NCBI GenBank assembly: GCA_040755995.1
Contig: JBFMAF010000052.1
Span: 32,001 to 96,000 of the forward strand
Reading direction: 5' to 3'
DNA length: 64,000 bases
Origin: Acidobacteriota bacterium
Lineage (GTDB): Bacteria > Acidobacteriota > CAIWXX01
Numbering within the stretch: the first letter of the stretch is position 1; each line of letters opens with the position of its first letter. The notes beneath the pieces were generated by a model, which made no database searches, had not been told where the DNA came from, and saw nothing but the letters and a program-made list of their open reading frames with translations. Of the stretch, positions 50,636 to 60,721 are shown piece by piece. Made by a program: the position numbers and the translations under genes.

Positions 50636-51331
50636 GATGTGCGTGATCTCGCCGTGGCTCAGATGGACGACCTTGTTGCAGATGCTCCTGACGAGGTTCT
50701 CCGAATGCGAGGCGACCACGAGAATCCTCGCCTGATCGATCAACCGGCGCAGGCGCCCTTCGGCCTTCGCGGAGAAGCTGCTGTCCCCGACACTCATCCA
50801 TTCGTCCATCAAGAGGACATCCGCAGGAACGCTGGTGGAGATGGCAAAGGCCAGACGGAGCCCCATGCCGCTCGAGTAGGTGCGCAGCGGCATGCTCAGG
50901 TAGTCACCCAGTTCGCAGAACTCGACGATCTCAGGAACATGCGGCTCGATCTCCCGCCGGCTTAGCCCCATCAATGTTGAGCGCATGTAGATGTTTTCGT
51001 ACCCGGTGGCATCCATGTCCATTCCCAGCCAGATTCCGAGCATGCAGGTCAGGCTGCCCTCGACCACGGCCGTGCCTGAGACGGGTTCGAAGGCCCCTGC
51101 CAGGACTCGCAACAACGTGGTCTTGCCGCTGCCGTTTGGACCCATCAACCCGACTCGATCTCCCTCGACGAACTCGAAGCTGACCTTGTTCAGCGCCTTG
51201 ACCACGACGCGATCGCGTGCGCCCTTCAGCAGCCGGCCCCCAGTTGCCGTGTTGATGAAGGCGCTCTTGAACAACCGTGAGCCGTAAACAGGGAACTCGA
51301 CCGTCACATCCTTCGCCGTGATTCGGACCAC
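50615..51331 (-). CDS. wzt: Polysaccharide ABC exporter ATP-binding subunit
   Basis: GPNGSGKTT, YSSGMGLRLAF, LLMDEW, VASH; GTG start 51331. Confidence 0.92.
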   Translation of the reverse strand: MVRITAKDVTVEFPVYGSRLFKSAFINTATGGRLLKGARDRVVVKALNKVSFEFVEGDRVGLMGPNGSGKTTLLRVLAGAFEPVSGTAVVEGSLTCMLGIWLGMDMDATGYENIYMRSTLMGLSRREIEPHVPEIVEFCELGDYLSMPLRTYSSGMGLRLAFAISTSVPADVLLMDEWMSVGDSSFSAKAEGRLRRLIDQARILVVASHSENLVRSICNKVVHLSHGEITHIEETRPA

Positions 51332-51360
51332 TTGAGTCCCTGCCCCCTGTTCGCAGTTTT

Positions 51361-52161
51361 TCAAAGCCAGTAAGCAACTCGGGCGCGAAAACGCGCGAAC
51401 ACCACGAAGGTCACGACACTCCCGGCGAGGGCCAGTCCTGCGGCCACGGCCCAATTCCGGAGGGTGGGGGCGTTTCCGAAGAGAGGTGCCCGCACGATCT
51501 CGAGCAGATGGGTGACCGGGTTGATTTCCACGAGCCATCGCCGATTCCCCGTCATCTCAGCTCTCCAGATCACCGGGCTGATGAAGAGCATGACCTGGAC
51601 GAGGCTGTTCACAATCTGCCCTAGATCACGAAAACGTGCGCAGAGCAGCCCCAGAAGGAGCCCGATCCAGAGCGAGTTGGCCAGGATCACGAGCAGACCC
51701 AGCGGGAAGAGCAACGAGTACATGCTCCATTGTCGGGAGAAGATCGCCAGTACAGCGACGATGATCAGGGCATTGTGGGCAAAGATGATGCAGTTGCGTG
51801 CGATCATGCGCATCACGTGTAGGGTCAGCGGCAACTTGATATCCTTGATGAGGCTCTCCATCGAGACGAAGGTATCACAGGACTCGACGATGAGGCCCGA
51901 CATCAGAGCCCAGAGGACGAAGCTAACGGCGACATAGGAGAGGTAGGACGAGAAGTCCTGATGGAACAGCATCCCATAGAACGGCCCCATCGCTGTGACC
52001 AGGATGGCCGTGTTGATGGTGAGCCAGAAGGGCCCCAGCACCGAGCGCCTGTAGCGCAGCCTGGTGTCCTGCCATGCCAGCATGGCCCACAGGTGCACGC
52101 CCAGAATGCCGTCGACAATGTCTCTCAGGGCGAGACGTGCGTTCGATCGAGGTTGACTCAT
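51361..52161 (-). CDS. wzm: Polysaccharide ABC exporter permease
   Basis: RYRRSVLGPFW, RFRD, SPVIW, NP. Confidence 0.92.
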   Translation of the reverse strand: MSQPRSNARLALRDIVDGILGVHLWAMLAWQDTRLRYRRSVLGPFWLTINTAILVTAMGPFYGMLFHQDFSSYLSYVAVSFVLWALMSGLIVESCDTFVSMESLIKDIKLPLTLHVMRMIARNCIIFAHNALIIVAVLAIFSRQWSMYSLLFPLGLLVILANSLWIGLLLGLLCARFRDLGQIVNSLVQVMLFISPVIWRAEMTGNRRWLVEINPVTHLLEIVRAPLFGNAPTLRNWAVAAGLALAGSVVTFVVFARFRARVAYWL

Positions 52162-52308
52162 CTGGGCTCAGTTGCTCCGTCGCTTGTTCACACCTGGACG
52201 CTGCTTGCGCGGAGACGGATCGGGCGGCATCCCGGAGCCGAAAGGCGACCGGGTCCCGCTCACCTCCTGTTCTCCTCCCTCAGCCCCTCCAACACCCGGT
52301 TGCACAGG

Positions 52309-52347
52309 GGCTATGAGCGGCCCGGAATTGCAGACGACGATCGCCAC
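52309..52347 (-). pseudogene. 13-codon stub of a DUF3368-type PIN toxin (MAIVVCNSGPLIA)
   Basis: Own translation; starts immediately after the UPF0175 stop. Confidence 0.55.
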
Positions 52348-52614
52348 TCAGCCCAGTTCCTCGTCGACCATCTGGGGATCGCTAGGCGGTTGGAGGCCAC
52401 GGGCATAAGCCTGACAGGCCATCTCATCTTCTCGCAGGCCCGCCATCTCGGCTGCTGCGCCCAGCGACATCCGTCCACGGGCGTACTCAGCCAGCGCCTG
52501 CTCGATCTTCTTTTGTCGAAGACCGAGCCTGATCAGCTCGACGAGCGCCTCGGACTCGGCCTCTTCAACCTCGCGCGACAAGGATTCAGGTAGCCGCAGG
52601 ATCCGTTCAACCAT
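52348..52614 (-). CDS. UPF0175-family HTH antitoxin
   Basis: ALAEYARGRMSLGAAAEMAGL; GAGG RBS. Confidence 0.8.
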   Translation of the reverse strand: MVERILRLPESLSREVEEAESEALVELIRLGLRQKKIEQALAEYARGRMSLGAAAEMAGLREDEMACQAYARGLQPPSDPQMVDEELG

Positions 52615-52801
52615 GTCATTCTACCTCGTCTCGATGGACCTCCGACATTATAGCAGGACTCGGCCCGCGAATGGCGTCATCCGGTGGCGCGGTGGCGCGG
52701 TGTGGCACTTCGACTCCGGGTTCTGGCATCGTGCGCAAACCAGCGAGCAGCCTTTGGAGAATATGACCGTCCTGGATGCCTGCACGTTGGTCGCGCCGCC
52801 G

Positions 52802-54109
52802 CTATTCAAGCAGAGATCGGTACTTCTTCAGAAAGGCTCCGCCCACGCTGGAGGCGGCTCCGAAGGAGTAGTGGCCGGGGTGGAACAGGGATGCGTAGGT
52901 CCGCCTCATGGCGCGCTCCTCCTCGGATTCCTCGTAGACCCCGGCCAGGCGCGCCAGCATCTCTCTGACAAGGTCGAGGATCTCGTCCGGGCTGTTGTCC
53001 TGCATCCTGATGCCGCGCGCCTCGAAGAGCGGGCCGTAGCGGTAGTCCGCCAGCGGGTCCTGAAAGGCCTCGCGAAGCGGCAGCAGCCGGCCATCGATTG
53101 CGCTGAGCAGCTTTGGAATGCTGAGGTCTCCCGGGAGGGGAGCCAGGGTGGAGATGGGTGTCATGTTGACGAGCGCCGAAGGGACTCCGAACGCGGTGCT
53201 GAGAAAGGCCAGCCCCGACGTATCGCCCAGGAAGAACCGGGCTCGCGCGCACAGCAGGACATCGAGTCTGGGAGAGCGTAGAGGGTGATGAGCGTAGTCG
53301 ATCACCCTGATCTCCATGGATGTCGGGGAGACCAGTCGGGCCAATGGGCGCATCGCGGGATTCCCCAGACGAACACAGTATCCGCCCCGATCCACGATCT
53401 CCTGCATCGCCGGAAGCACGCTGTCGATCAGGCTGTTACGGTGAGTGAATCCGGGGTCATCAATCGGAGAGAAGCCGGCTTCACGGATGTGAACACAGAC
53501 ATACCAGCATCCTCTGGGCAGGCCGAGTCTTTCCATGATCTGTTCGCCCCACGTCTCGTCCTCCGTGCTCAGCCTGAGAATCGGAGCGCGCGTCCCCCAC
53601 TCAGCTTGAATGGCGTAGACCGCCTGAGTCTCGTACAGTCTCATGAGATACCTGCTGATGTCCTCTCTCATCAGCCAGAATCGGCTCATGGCCGCGAGCA
53701 ACCGGCAGAGCACGGGGCCTGTCACCACAGGCAGGTGCTGCTGCCAGTAGGTCACGAGATGCGGATTGGCAGCCGTGCGGCGTGACGCCAGGAAGAATCT
53801 CTTGGGACAAGTGGGGAGCTCTCTGAGGACCCGATCTTTCAACAGGCAATCGGGTTCTCCCGCCAGGTGTCCGATTCGTTCGGAATACACGGTGATCTTG
53901 CGGTATCCCAGGCAGTGCAGCGGAACAGTCGCTGGCAGTAGCAGGGTCCACAGCAGCAGGTCCCATAGCAGGCGCAGACCCCGTTTCACAAGCCACCATC
54001 CCCCATCGTTGGCGATGCGCACGCGGTAGTAGAAGCTCAGCTCGTCCCGGCGCCGGAATGGGCGGGGGCAGTAGGCGGCCGAGCGGGGACGAAGCATCCG
54101 CGCTATCAC
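52802..54109 (-). CDS. TIGR04372-like putative glycosyltransferase
   Basis: ERIGHLAGE, VCVHIRE.GF, RNS, VRLG, IDYAH, FFLGDTSGL, DNSPDEI. Confidence 0.75.
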   Translation of the reverse strand: MIARMLRPRSAAYCPRPFRRRDELSFYYRVRIANDGGWWLVKRGLRLLWDLLLWTLLLPATVPLHCLGYRKITVYSERIGHLAGEPDCLLKDRVLRELPTCPKRFFLASRRTAANPHLVTYWQQHLPVVTGPVLCRLLAAMSRFWLMREDISRYLMRLYETQAVYAIQAEWGTRAPILRLSTEDETWGEQIMERLGLPRGCWYVCVHIREAGFSPIDDPGFTHRNSLIDSVLPAMQEIVDRGGYCVRLGNPAMRPLARLVSPTSMEIRVIDYAHHPLRSPRLDVLLCARARFFLGDTSGLAFLSTAFGVPSALVNMTPISTLAPLPGDLSIPKLLSAIDGRLLPLREAFQDPLADYRYGPLFEARGIRMQDNSPDEILDLVREMLARLAGVYEESEEERAMRRTYASLFHPGHYSFGAASSVGGAFLKKYRSLLE

Positions 54110-54327
54110 TTGCTCACCATCACGGACTCAGCGATAGTCGGCCTCGGCCCGGCGCAGGCTTTCCAGGGTGCCGATGTCGCGGTGATAGTCGCCGTTGTGA
54201 AACGTCCATATTCGGCCCAGGAAGCGCGGAATGACATCGATGCTCAGGTCAAGCGTCGCTCTGCCGAGTGAGGCCATGTCGTCCACGACTTCCGGCTCGA
54301 TGATGCAGACAGCCGCATTGGGGCGGT
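53802..54327 (+). repeat. Direct repeat C, copy 1 (nucleotidyltransferase 3' end + glycosyltransferase 5' end)
   Basis: 526 bp, about 20 mismatches against 61262-61787. Confidence 0.97.
54128..54327 (-). pseudogene. Duplicated 3' fragment of the nucleotidyltransferase
   Basis: NAAVCIIEPEVV...YHRDIGTLESLRRAEADYR, near-identical to the end of 61588..62289. Confidence 0.9.
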
Positions 54328-54406
54328 CTGCGAGTAGTCCCGCTCGGCCAGCTGCTGCGGCGTCGGCGCCCACGGGTCTGATCGGTTTCGACTTGTGCCC
54401 CGAACG

Positions 54407-55186
54407 TCAGTGTATCGTCTCCGGACCGCCGTCCTCCTCCTCTCCGTCGTCGAAGAAGGGCTCGACGCGCCTTGCGTCCGCAGGAGGAGGCGCGTAGCGG
54501 ATCCACCTCGCGAACTCAGCGACGCTCTGAGTCCACTCGTCCGCGGCATTCTTGAACCGCAGAGCGAGCCGCGCCAGGTCCTCGCCAGAGTCCTTCTCGG
54601 TGGTGCGGCGATCAGGATCGTCCCATACTCGGGGGAGGCGAAGGAAACGAAATCCGCCAACGGATACCGCCTTGAGGTAGAGCCTGCCATCGACATCACA
54701 TCGGGCCTCTACCTGGACCTCTTCCCGACCACCCAGAACGGCGATCAGCCGGCCCTGGCGCTCCTTGGTTTCAGTGAGCATCTCGTCGAGTCTTCGGCCG
54801 ATCGAGTCGGCCCAGGGACCGAGGACCTGAGGTTCAGGTATTGTGGTCTTTGACCCATAGGGGAGGTTTGCCGACAGATCGAGGTCTACTCGGATAAACC
54901 GTTGTGCGGTTCTTGTGGTTGATCTCTTCCGGCCCAGAAGCTCCATGAGCAGGTCCTCCTCGCATGTGTACGAACGGGCAGCGTCGATTGGACTCCAATT
55001 GAAGGCTACCTCCGCGCATATGTGAAAGGGCTCTGCGCCGTGTGAGGGGAGCGGGTGGTACAGCTTCCAGCGCTGCTCCATGCGGACCACATCGATTGTC
55101 TCGATGGGGGTGTCCATCCCCCCGGCCAGGAGGCCTACCTCGCGAAGCGCGTCCTGAATCTCACTGCGGAACTCGTCGTAACGCAT
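54407..55186 (-). CDS. Hypothetical protein
   Basis: GAGGAGG RBS, 259-aa ORF with natural composition and acidic tail. Confidence 0.7.
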   Translation of the reverse strand: MRYDEFRSEIQDALREVGLLAGGMDTPIETIDVVRMEQRWKLYHPLPSHGAEPFHICAEVAFNWSPIDAARSYTCEEDLLMELLGRKRSTTRTAQRFIRVDLDLSANLPYGSKTTIPEPQVLGPWADSIGRRLDEMLTETKERQGRLIAVLGGREEVQVEARCDVDGRLYLKAVSVGGFRFLRLPRVWDDPDRRTTEKDSGEDLARLALRFKNAADEWTQSVAEFARWIRYAPPPADARRVEPFFDDGEEEDGGPETIH

Positions 55187-55471
55187 GTCGTCCTCCTCTG
55201 AAATGCGCGAACAGGTATCGTAGCTCAAATTCGGTTTCCTCGCGCGTCTTCATGCTGCTCTCTGGCCGGGACGAAGCACACTCGAGTTGGCACCAAAGGC
55301 CCTGCTGGCCGCGAGCCGGATTCCAACCACGTTGACCCGCAGCAGCGTCATGTGAGATAGTGCCTCAGGGATCCCACGAGGTCACCGATGCTGGAACTGG
55401 CGCCAGGGTCACGTTTCATTCACCAGGCCTGCTGACCCGATCGGGTGCAATCATGACCGGAGGATTCGCCG

Positions 55472-56056
55472 ATGAATGTGTTTGAGCTTCGCGACCGCCT
55501 CACCGCGGACTACGGCAGCTACGTGCGCGGCTTCATCAATGTCCGAAACGGACGGATCAGCGACCTGATCGAGCACGAGTTCGAGCAGGGCCTCCTCTGG
55601 CCGGATCCTCTGATCCAGATGAACCCCTCGTTCGAGCACGGTGGAACGGTCGAGGACCTCGTCGCGGAAGGCGTTCTGCATAGCGAATGCAGCAGGATCT
55701 TCCGCCTCAAACGCCTGTCTGATCCCGAGAGCCGGCCGCTACGTCTTCATCGCCACCAGGCCGATGCGATCAGGATTGCCCGAGACGGCCACAACTACGT
55801 GCTGACTACCGGCACGGGATCCGGGAAGAGCCTCACCTACATCATCCCTATCGTCGACCATGTTCTGCGGCGCGGAAGCGGCATCGGGATTACGGCCGTG
55901 GTCGTGTATCCGATGAACGCGCTGGCCAACAGCCAATTGAACGAGCTGCAGAGAGAGCGAGCAGCCAAGTTGACAGCCGATGGCCAGACACTAGATCACA
56001 CACCTCGCAGCCCTGCCCAGATTCCGCGACGGTACCATGGGCGGCTGCCATTCTGA
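55472..56056 (+). pseudogene. Truncated N-terminus of a large SF2 DEAD/DEAH helicase (DUF1998-type)
   Basis: GGAGG RBS; Q motif HRHQ, Walker A TGTGSGKS, motif Ia YPMNALANSQ; similarity ends ~55950, before the DExH motif. Confidence 0.8.
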
Positions 56057-56133
56057 CGGGGCCGCTCGTCCCCCCTTTGGCACATGGGCAATGACTCTTC
56101 TGGATGCTAAGATCTGTGTGGAGGGTCACGAAG

Positions 56134-56436
56134 ATGAGTGACAGGAACCACGAGCAGTACATGCGAGCGGAGGCATGCGCCCTTAGCGGCGACGTCGAGG
56201 GGCTCGGGGTGATTGCGGCCAGTGGCACAGACCTCAGTGCACTCCTCTTCGAGGCCGCCGCCAGTGGAAAGGGCCGAACTTTGAGCACGCTGATCCAGGC
56301 CGGCGTGCCGCTGAACGTGCTCGACGCGTCAGGGCGGACCCCACTCGACGTGGCTCGCGAAGCTGGTGAGAAAGAGTGCGCTGAGATGATCCGGCGGGGA
56401 GGTGGACGGCACTCGTTTGACGTGGTGCGACGATGA
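56134..56436 (+). CDS. Small ankyrin-repeat protein
   Basis: LLFEAAASG...LIQAGVPLNVLDASGRTPLDVA...AEMI. Confidence 0.75.
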   Translation: MSDRNHEQYMRAEACALSGDVEGLGVIAASGTDLSALLFEAAASGKGRTLSTLIQAGVPLNVLDASGRTPLDVAREAGEKECAEMIRRGGGRHSFDVVRR

Positions 56437-57428
56437 AAGCCTTCTTCATCGGCGCCGGCGCATCACAGGGCACACTCGGAGGGAAGTCAGGTTGTCCGCC
56501 CGTGGCGGCCGAGTTCGGCAGGATGCTTGCGGAGCGCTGCGATCTGGCGAGTGACTTCCCCGCGCTCGCGATGGTGGTAGCCCATTTGGGAGTGCCCCTC
56601 TTTCAACTGGGACTCGAACAGATATGGACCTGCATCGACTACTATGCCAAGCTATCCAGGGTCATGCCCGTACCACCGGTATGGTGCGGAGTGAACGCGA
56701 GTCGCGATCTGAGGAAGGCACTCTTGCGTCTCTACGGGCGGTCGTGCGACCAAGCCGCTGAGCAGCTTCCGATCTCGCACGACTACACCCTCGGGCATGT
56801 GCTGGGGGAACAGGTCCAGTCTGGCGATATCATCATTTCATTCAATTACGACACGCTGATAGAACGGCTGGCCATTCGCTTCGGACACAAGTTGCGCATG
56901 GTTTGCAGCAGTATGCGGCCCGACATCGTACATCTGGCGAAACCGCACGGTTCCACTTCCTGGGTAATGGACTTCGCCAGTCGGACTGTGACCACCTCGG
57001 CGGCAGATGGTTCACCACTGATCGACTCATTAGCCGAAGAGGACGTGGAACGGCGGAGAGAACCGCTCGTGCTTGGCGCAGTCCCAATCAAGAGCGAGCT
57101 GATCCGCGAGGTTCAGGTCCACTACGGGTGGCCGGAGGTGTTTGAGGTCGTGGTAACGCAATGGAGGGCCGTCGTTGCAGCAGTACGAGACGCAGCGGAG
57201 ATTATCGTCGTTGGATACGGCTTTCCAAGCGAAGACCAGTACGGCAGGTTTCTCCTCCGTGAGGCAGCGCGACTGCGGTCTTCCCCTCTGCGCGTGGAGT
57301 ACTATCAAGTAAGGGCCCGCGCCGGGTCGACCGCTGCCTCGATCATCGACGCCTTCGGCACTCCCGGAATCCAGTTGAACTGGCGCGGTGAGGTCGAGCC
57401 TCCTGTGCCCGTGTCTGAGGACGCATGA
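56433..57428 (+). CDS. SIR2-like (SIR2_2) domain protein, putative NADase
   Basis: FFIGAGAS, IISFNYDTLIE, KPHGS, VVGYGFPSED. Confidence 0.82.
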   Translation: MKAFFIGAGASQGTLGGKSGCPPVAAEFGRMLAERCDLASDFPALAMVVAHLGVPLFQLGLEQIWTCIDYYAKLSRVMPVPPVWCGVNASRDLRKALLRLYGRSCDQAAEQLPISHDYTLGHVLGEQVQSGDIIISFNYDTLIERLAIRFGHKLRMVCSSMRPDIVHLAKPHGSTSWVMDFASRTVTTSAADGSPLIDSLAEEDVERRREPLVLGAVPIKSELIREVQVHYGWPEVFEVVVTQWRAVVAAVRDAAEIIVVGYGFPSEDQYGRFLLREAARLRSSPLRVEYYQVRARAGSTAASIIDAFGTPGIQLNWRGEVEPPVPVSEDA

Positions 57429-57597
57429 GCACCGATTTCCGCGCTGGCAGGAGGCGGACGGCGAAGAGACCCCAGTAGCGGGATGTCTCCACTGTGGACC
57501 ACACCATCCACTCGGAGGTGACATGGGGCGAGTACCAGGACACCCACATCACCACGCACTTGCGTGCTGTTAGCGCGATGCGGATCCGGGGGCGTGC

Positions 57598-58461
57598 ATG
57601 AGCCGTCCGACGCCTCTCTCCGCGACGGAGAGATCTACTCTGTACGGGGACCTCCAAAAGGGACTGAGGATCCTCCTCGATGGGCGGCCGTGGAACGGGT
57701 TCCGGTCCACTCCGCAACCCTTCATTTACTCGCTTTGCCGCTTGCTGGTTGAGTCTGGATCGGAGTGGGTGTGTGGCATCGACGCCAAGAAGGCAATCGA
57801 AGACGTCCTGACCACGGGAAATAAGTTCAATCCTGAAGGGCACTTCGCCCAGATCTGGGGCTCCTCCTTGACGAACCAAAGGGCCTGGCCCGTTGTTACC
57901 AGGTGGCGACGTGTCCTGGATCGGACCCCCTCCAAGCCGTACTACTACCGTTTCTTGGATTCGAGCGGAGCCCGCCAGGTGAGAGGGTGGCTGACAACGA
58001 TCTCAAAGAGCTTAGGACAACATGCACTGCAGAAGTTGCTCGCTGAGCAAAGCCTTGATGAGCTTCTCGCGGCCGCCCTCCGTTCGGCCTCAGACACGCT
58101 ACCCACCCTGCTTCGCACCTCCTCGTACCAATATAGGAGTGCCTTGATCAAGGCCTATGCGAAGCGGAGGGCAAACGGTTCATGTGAAGCATGCGGAGCG
58201 CATGCGCCTTTTGTCACAATCGATGGCGAAGCCTTCCTGGAAGTGCACCATATCCGCGATCTTCGAAAGGACTCCGGACCCGACAGTCCAAAAAACGTAG
58301 CCGCCATCTGTCCGAATTGCCACCGCCGGGCGCACTTCGGCATGGACCGCCAAGAGTTCAACAGCATGATCTCAGCCAAGATCGCCATGCGTCAGGACGA
58401 TATCGAGCGGAAGTCACGACAGGGTCTCCCCAGGCCGAGGACTGGACGCCTGGGTACATGA
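57598..58461 (+). CDS. HNH endonuclease (McrA-like C-terminal domain)
   Basis: CEACG...FLEVHH...DSPKNVAAICPNCHRRAH. Confidence 0.88.
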   Translation: MSRPTPLSATERSTLYGDLQKGLRILLDGRPWNGFRSTPQPFIYSLCRLLVESGSEWVCGIDAKKAIEDVLTTGNKFNPEGHFAQIWGSSLTNQRAWPVVTRWRRVLDRTPSKPYYYRFLDSSGARQVRGWLTTISKSLGQHALQKLLAEQSLDELLAAALRSASDTLPTLLRTSSYQYRSALIKAYAKRRANGSCEACGAHAPFVTIDGEAFLEVHHIRDLRKDSGPDSPKNVAAICPNCHRRAHFGMDRQEFNSMISAKIAMRQDDIERKSRQGLPRPRTGRLGT

Positions 58462-59246
58462 ACCGAGGGGGTAACGGGATGGTCTGCAGTGTTGTTCGAC
58501 GTGCAGCGCGATGGGCCGCCGGGCACTGGTGGCTTCTGGCCTTTGTCGTTTTTGTCCCCCCGCTCGCCTTCGCGGTAGTCGATCGATGGTACTTGGCGAC
58601 ACTCGACGTCGAGGCGCGCTGGCAGATGCGCATCGGGCTGGGTTCGGGTCTTCTTCTCTTCGCCAACCTCGTCGTTCTCTGGTGGTACGCCGTCATCACA
58701 AGGCGGAGTTACGAGTTGGCGAGTCGTCAATTCTCTGCCGGCAATCGCCCCTGCGTGGTTCTCGACTGGCAGAGGATTCCTCCGCCTGCGGGCGTGAAAC
58801 AGGAGGGGTACGGTTACGTCGCCTATAATATCGGGCCGGGGCTCGCGGTGAACGTCGTCTGCGTGCGCAATTGGAAGAGCTCCGAACCCGAGGTGCTCCA
58901 CATCGGTGCCCTCCCCGCGGGCGGCCGTGTGGAGGTCCCCGAGGATCTGCGGAACCGCTTGGTCAGAGAAGACCCCTTCAATCGCGAGAGACACATTCTC
59001 CTGGCCGAACCTCTGTCGGGCGACGTGTGGATCATGAGCGCGAACCTGATAGATCTCGGGCAGCGCATTTCGCATCAGGTTGCCGAAATGAAGCTTCCCC
59101 CTGCCCTCAGTTCAGCCATTCACCGGCCAACATTGGGAGAGTACATCGACCAACACTGGACCGACATCCAGAAGGATATCGAGGAGATGGTGAAGCAACT
59201 CGACGGCGCACAACAGCGACGCCCCACTTCCGGCCCTGGGCTGTAG
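58458..59246 (+). CDS. Hypothetical membrane protein (2 N-terminal TM helices)
   Basis: ATGA overlap with HNH; two hydrophobic segments followed by RP.V...NIGPG.A.NV. Confidence 0.65.
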   Translation: MNRGGNGMVCSVVRRAARWAAGHWWLLAFVVFVPPLAFAVVDRWYLATLDVEARWQMRIGLGSGLLLFANLVVLWWYAVITRRSYELASRQFSAGNRPCVVLDWQRIPPPAGVKQEGYGYVAYNIGPGLAVNVVCVRNWKSSEPEVLHIGALPAGGRVEVPEDLRNRLVREDPFNRERHILLAEPLSGDVWIMSANLIDLGQRISHQVAEMKLPPALSSAIHRPTLGEYIDQHWTDIQKDIEEMVKQLDGAQQRRPTSGPGL

Positions 59247-59354
59247 AGCATCCGGAGCTGCACCGTGAGGAAGGTCACCCGGCGTTCGCGTTCCGACGAG
59301 TCGGAGATCCGCAGTTGGTCGACGGGGCGTCGCTGGATCTGATATGATGATCGC

Positions 59355-60179
59355 ATGCTTTTCGCCAGGCCGCCTCTGATCGAACTGATCGCCGAACTGC
59401 GATGGGGAGCGCCTTCGATGATTGTCCCCGTTCCGGCCGAGGGCCTTCCTGTCGGCACTGCCATTCCCGCCACCACGGTCTCCGCCCGGGACGAAGAGAT
59501 GTTCATGCGCTTCGGTGCAAAGGCGGCCTCGGAAGGCTACTCCAGGTTCGAGCGGATCATGCCACCCGGCTTTCCACTCTTGCCTTCTCAGCCGGTCTAT
59601 CGCTTTCGCAAGGCCGAACCTGCCAGCGGGACGAGTCTCTTTCAATTGGGTCCGAGCATTTTCAGCGCCAACACTGCGCCACCCTATCGATCGTGGGAAG
59701 CCTTCCATCCTGTCGTCCGGATGGGTGTGTCGATGTTGTTGGATTCCCTCGACGAATCAGACAAGGCACAGCCGTTCGGAGCGGCGTCGCTGCGGTACAT
59801 AGATGCCTTCCGGTCGGAGCTTACCGAGGGTGACAGCCCACTCGATTTCCTGACCAAGAAGCTGGGCTTCGACATCGGACTGCCACACGTCATCGAATCA
59901 GAAGCTGATCCAGGATCGCCCATCAAGCCCCTACTCAAGTTCACGATTCCTCTCGCGGCTAGGTCGGTGATGGAGTTGACAGCCGGCGAAGGGGTCGTGG
60001 GGAAGGATGAGGCGCTCATCATGGAGACCACTGTCATCGCCCCCGGGCCTATCCACATGGATGTTGATGCTGTGATGAGCATACTGGACGAAGCACACAA
60101 CATCATCCGACGAGTGTTCGTCGAGATGACCCAACCCATAGCCCATCTGATGCAGCCGACCGGCGGAGGTGCCCCATGA
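59355..60179 (+). CDS. TIGR04255-like protein
   Basis: PPLIELIAELRW, YRF, QLGP..F.AN..PPY.SW..F, LRYIDAF, L.EAH. Confidence 0.75.
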   Translation: MLFARPPLIELIAELRWGAPSMIVPVPAEGLPVGTAIPATTVSARDEEMFMRFGAKAASEGYSRFERIMPPGFPLLPSQPVYRFRKAEPASGTSLFQLGPSIFSANTAPPYRSWEAFHPVVRMGVSMLLDSLDESDKAQPFGAASLRYIDAFRSELTEGDSPLDFLTKKLGFDIGLPHVIESEADPGSPIKPLLKFTIPLAARSVMELTAGEGVVGKDEALIMETTVIAPGPIHMDVDAVMSILDEAHNIIRRVFVEMTQPIAHLMQPTGGGAP

Positions 60180-60721
60180 CCGGACTGGGGGTTCGAGGCT
60201 TTCCGGGGGAGTGGCCGCAGGGACAATGGATGCCCCCTGATGTCGGACCGTCCGGGTTCATCTGTCTGAACCCTTGGAGCGCAAGCGCGCTCTCGGAGTG
60301 GGAGAAGGCCGAGCACCAGGCAAGGGAGATTGGACAGCTGGAGAACGACTGGGACGGCTACGGCGGCGCGGGGATCAGTTCGATGGTACTCAGTAATACT
60401 ATCCACGCGCTGGAGATGCTCGCGTCTTGTGGGGTGCCCATTCCCACACCCGACCTGTCGCCTACGTCCGCCGGCACCATCCTGCTCAGTTGGGAGCATA
60501 ACGGCGCGGAAGGCTGTCTGGAGATTGGCAACACGCGATACACGGGCTACCTGAAGATCGACGCGCTGCCGCCGGCGCTGTTCGAGGGGAACGCCGACAG
60601 GATCGACACTCGCGTCTTCTGGTCTATCGCCTGGGCGATCCTATCCCCCAAGCTCGCTCCGACGGTGATCTCAGAATTCGGAATCCGTAGCAAGCCCGCA
60701 GATGCGCGACTGGCCGCGTGA
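60176..60721 (+). CDS. Hypothetical protein with WDGYG motif
   Basis: LENDWDGYGGAGI, P.PDLSP...G.I.LSWE; ATGA coupling. Confidence 0.7.
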   Translation: MTGLGVRGFPGEWPQGQWMPPDVGPSGFICLNPWSASALSEWEKAEHQAREIGQLENDWDGYGGAGISSMVLSNTIHALEMLASCGVPIPTPDLSPTSAGTILLSWEHNGAEGCLEIGNTRYTGYLKIDALPPALFEGNADRIDTRVFWSIAWAILSPKLAPTVISEFGIRSKPADARLAA

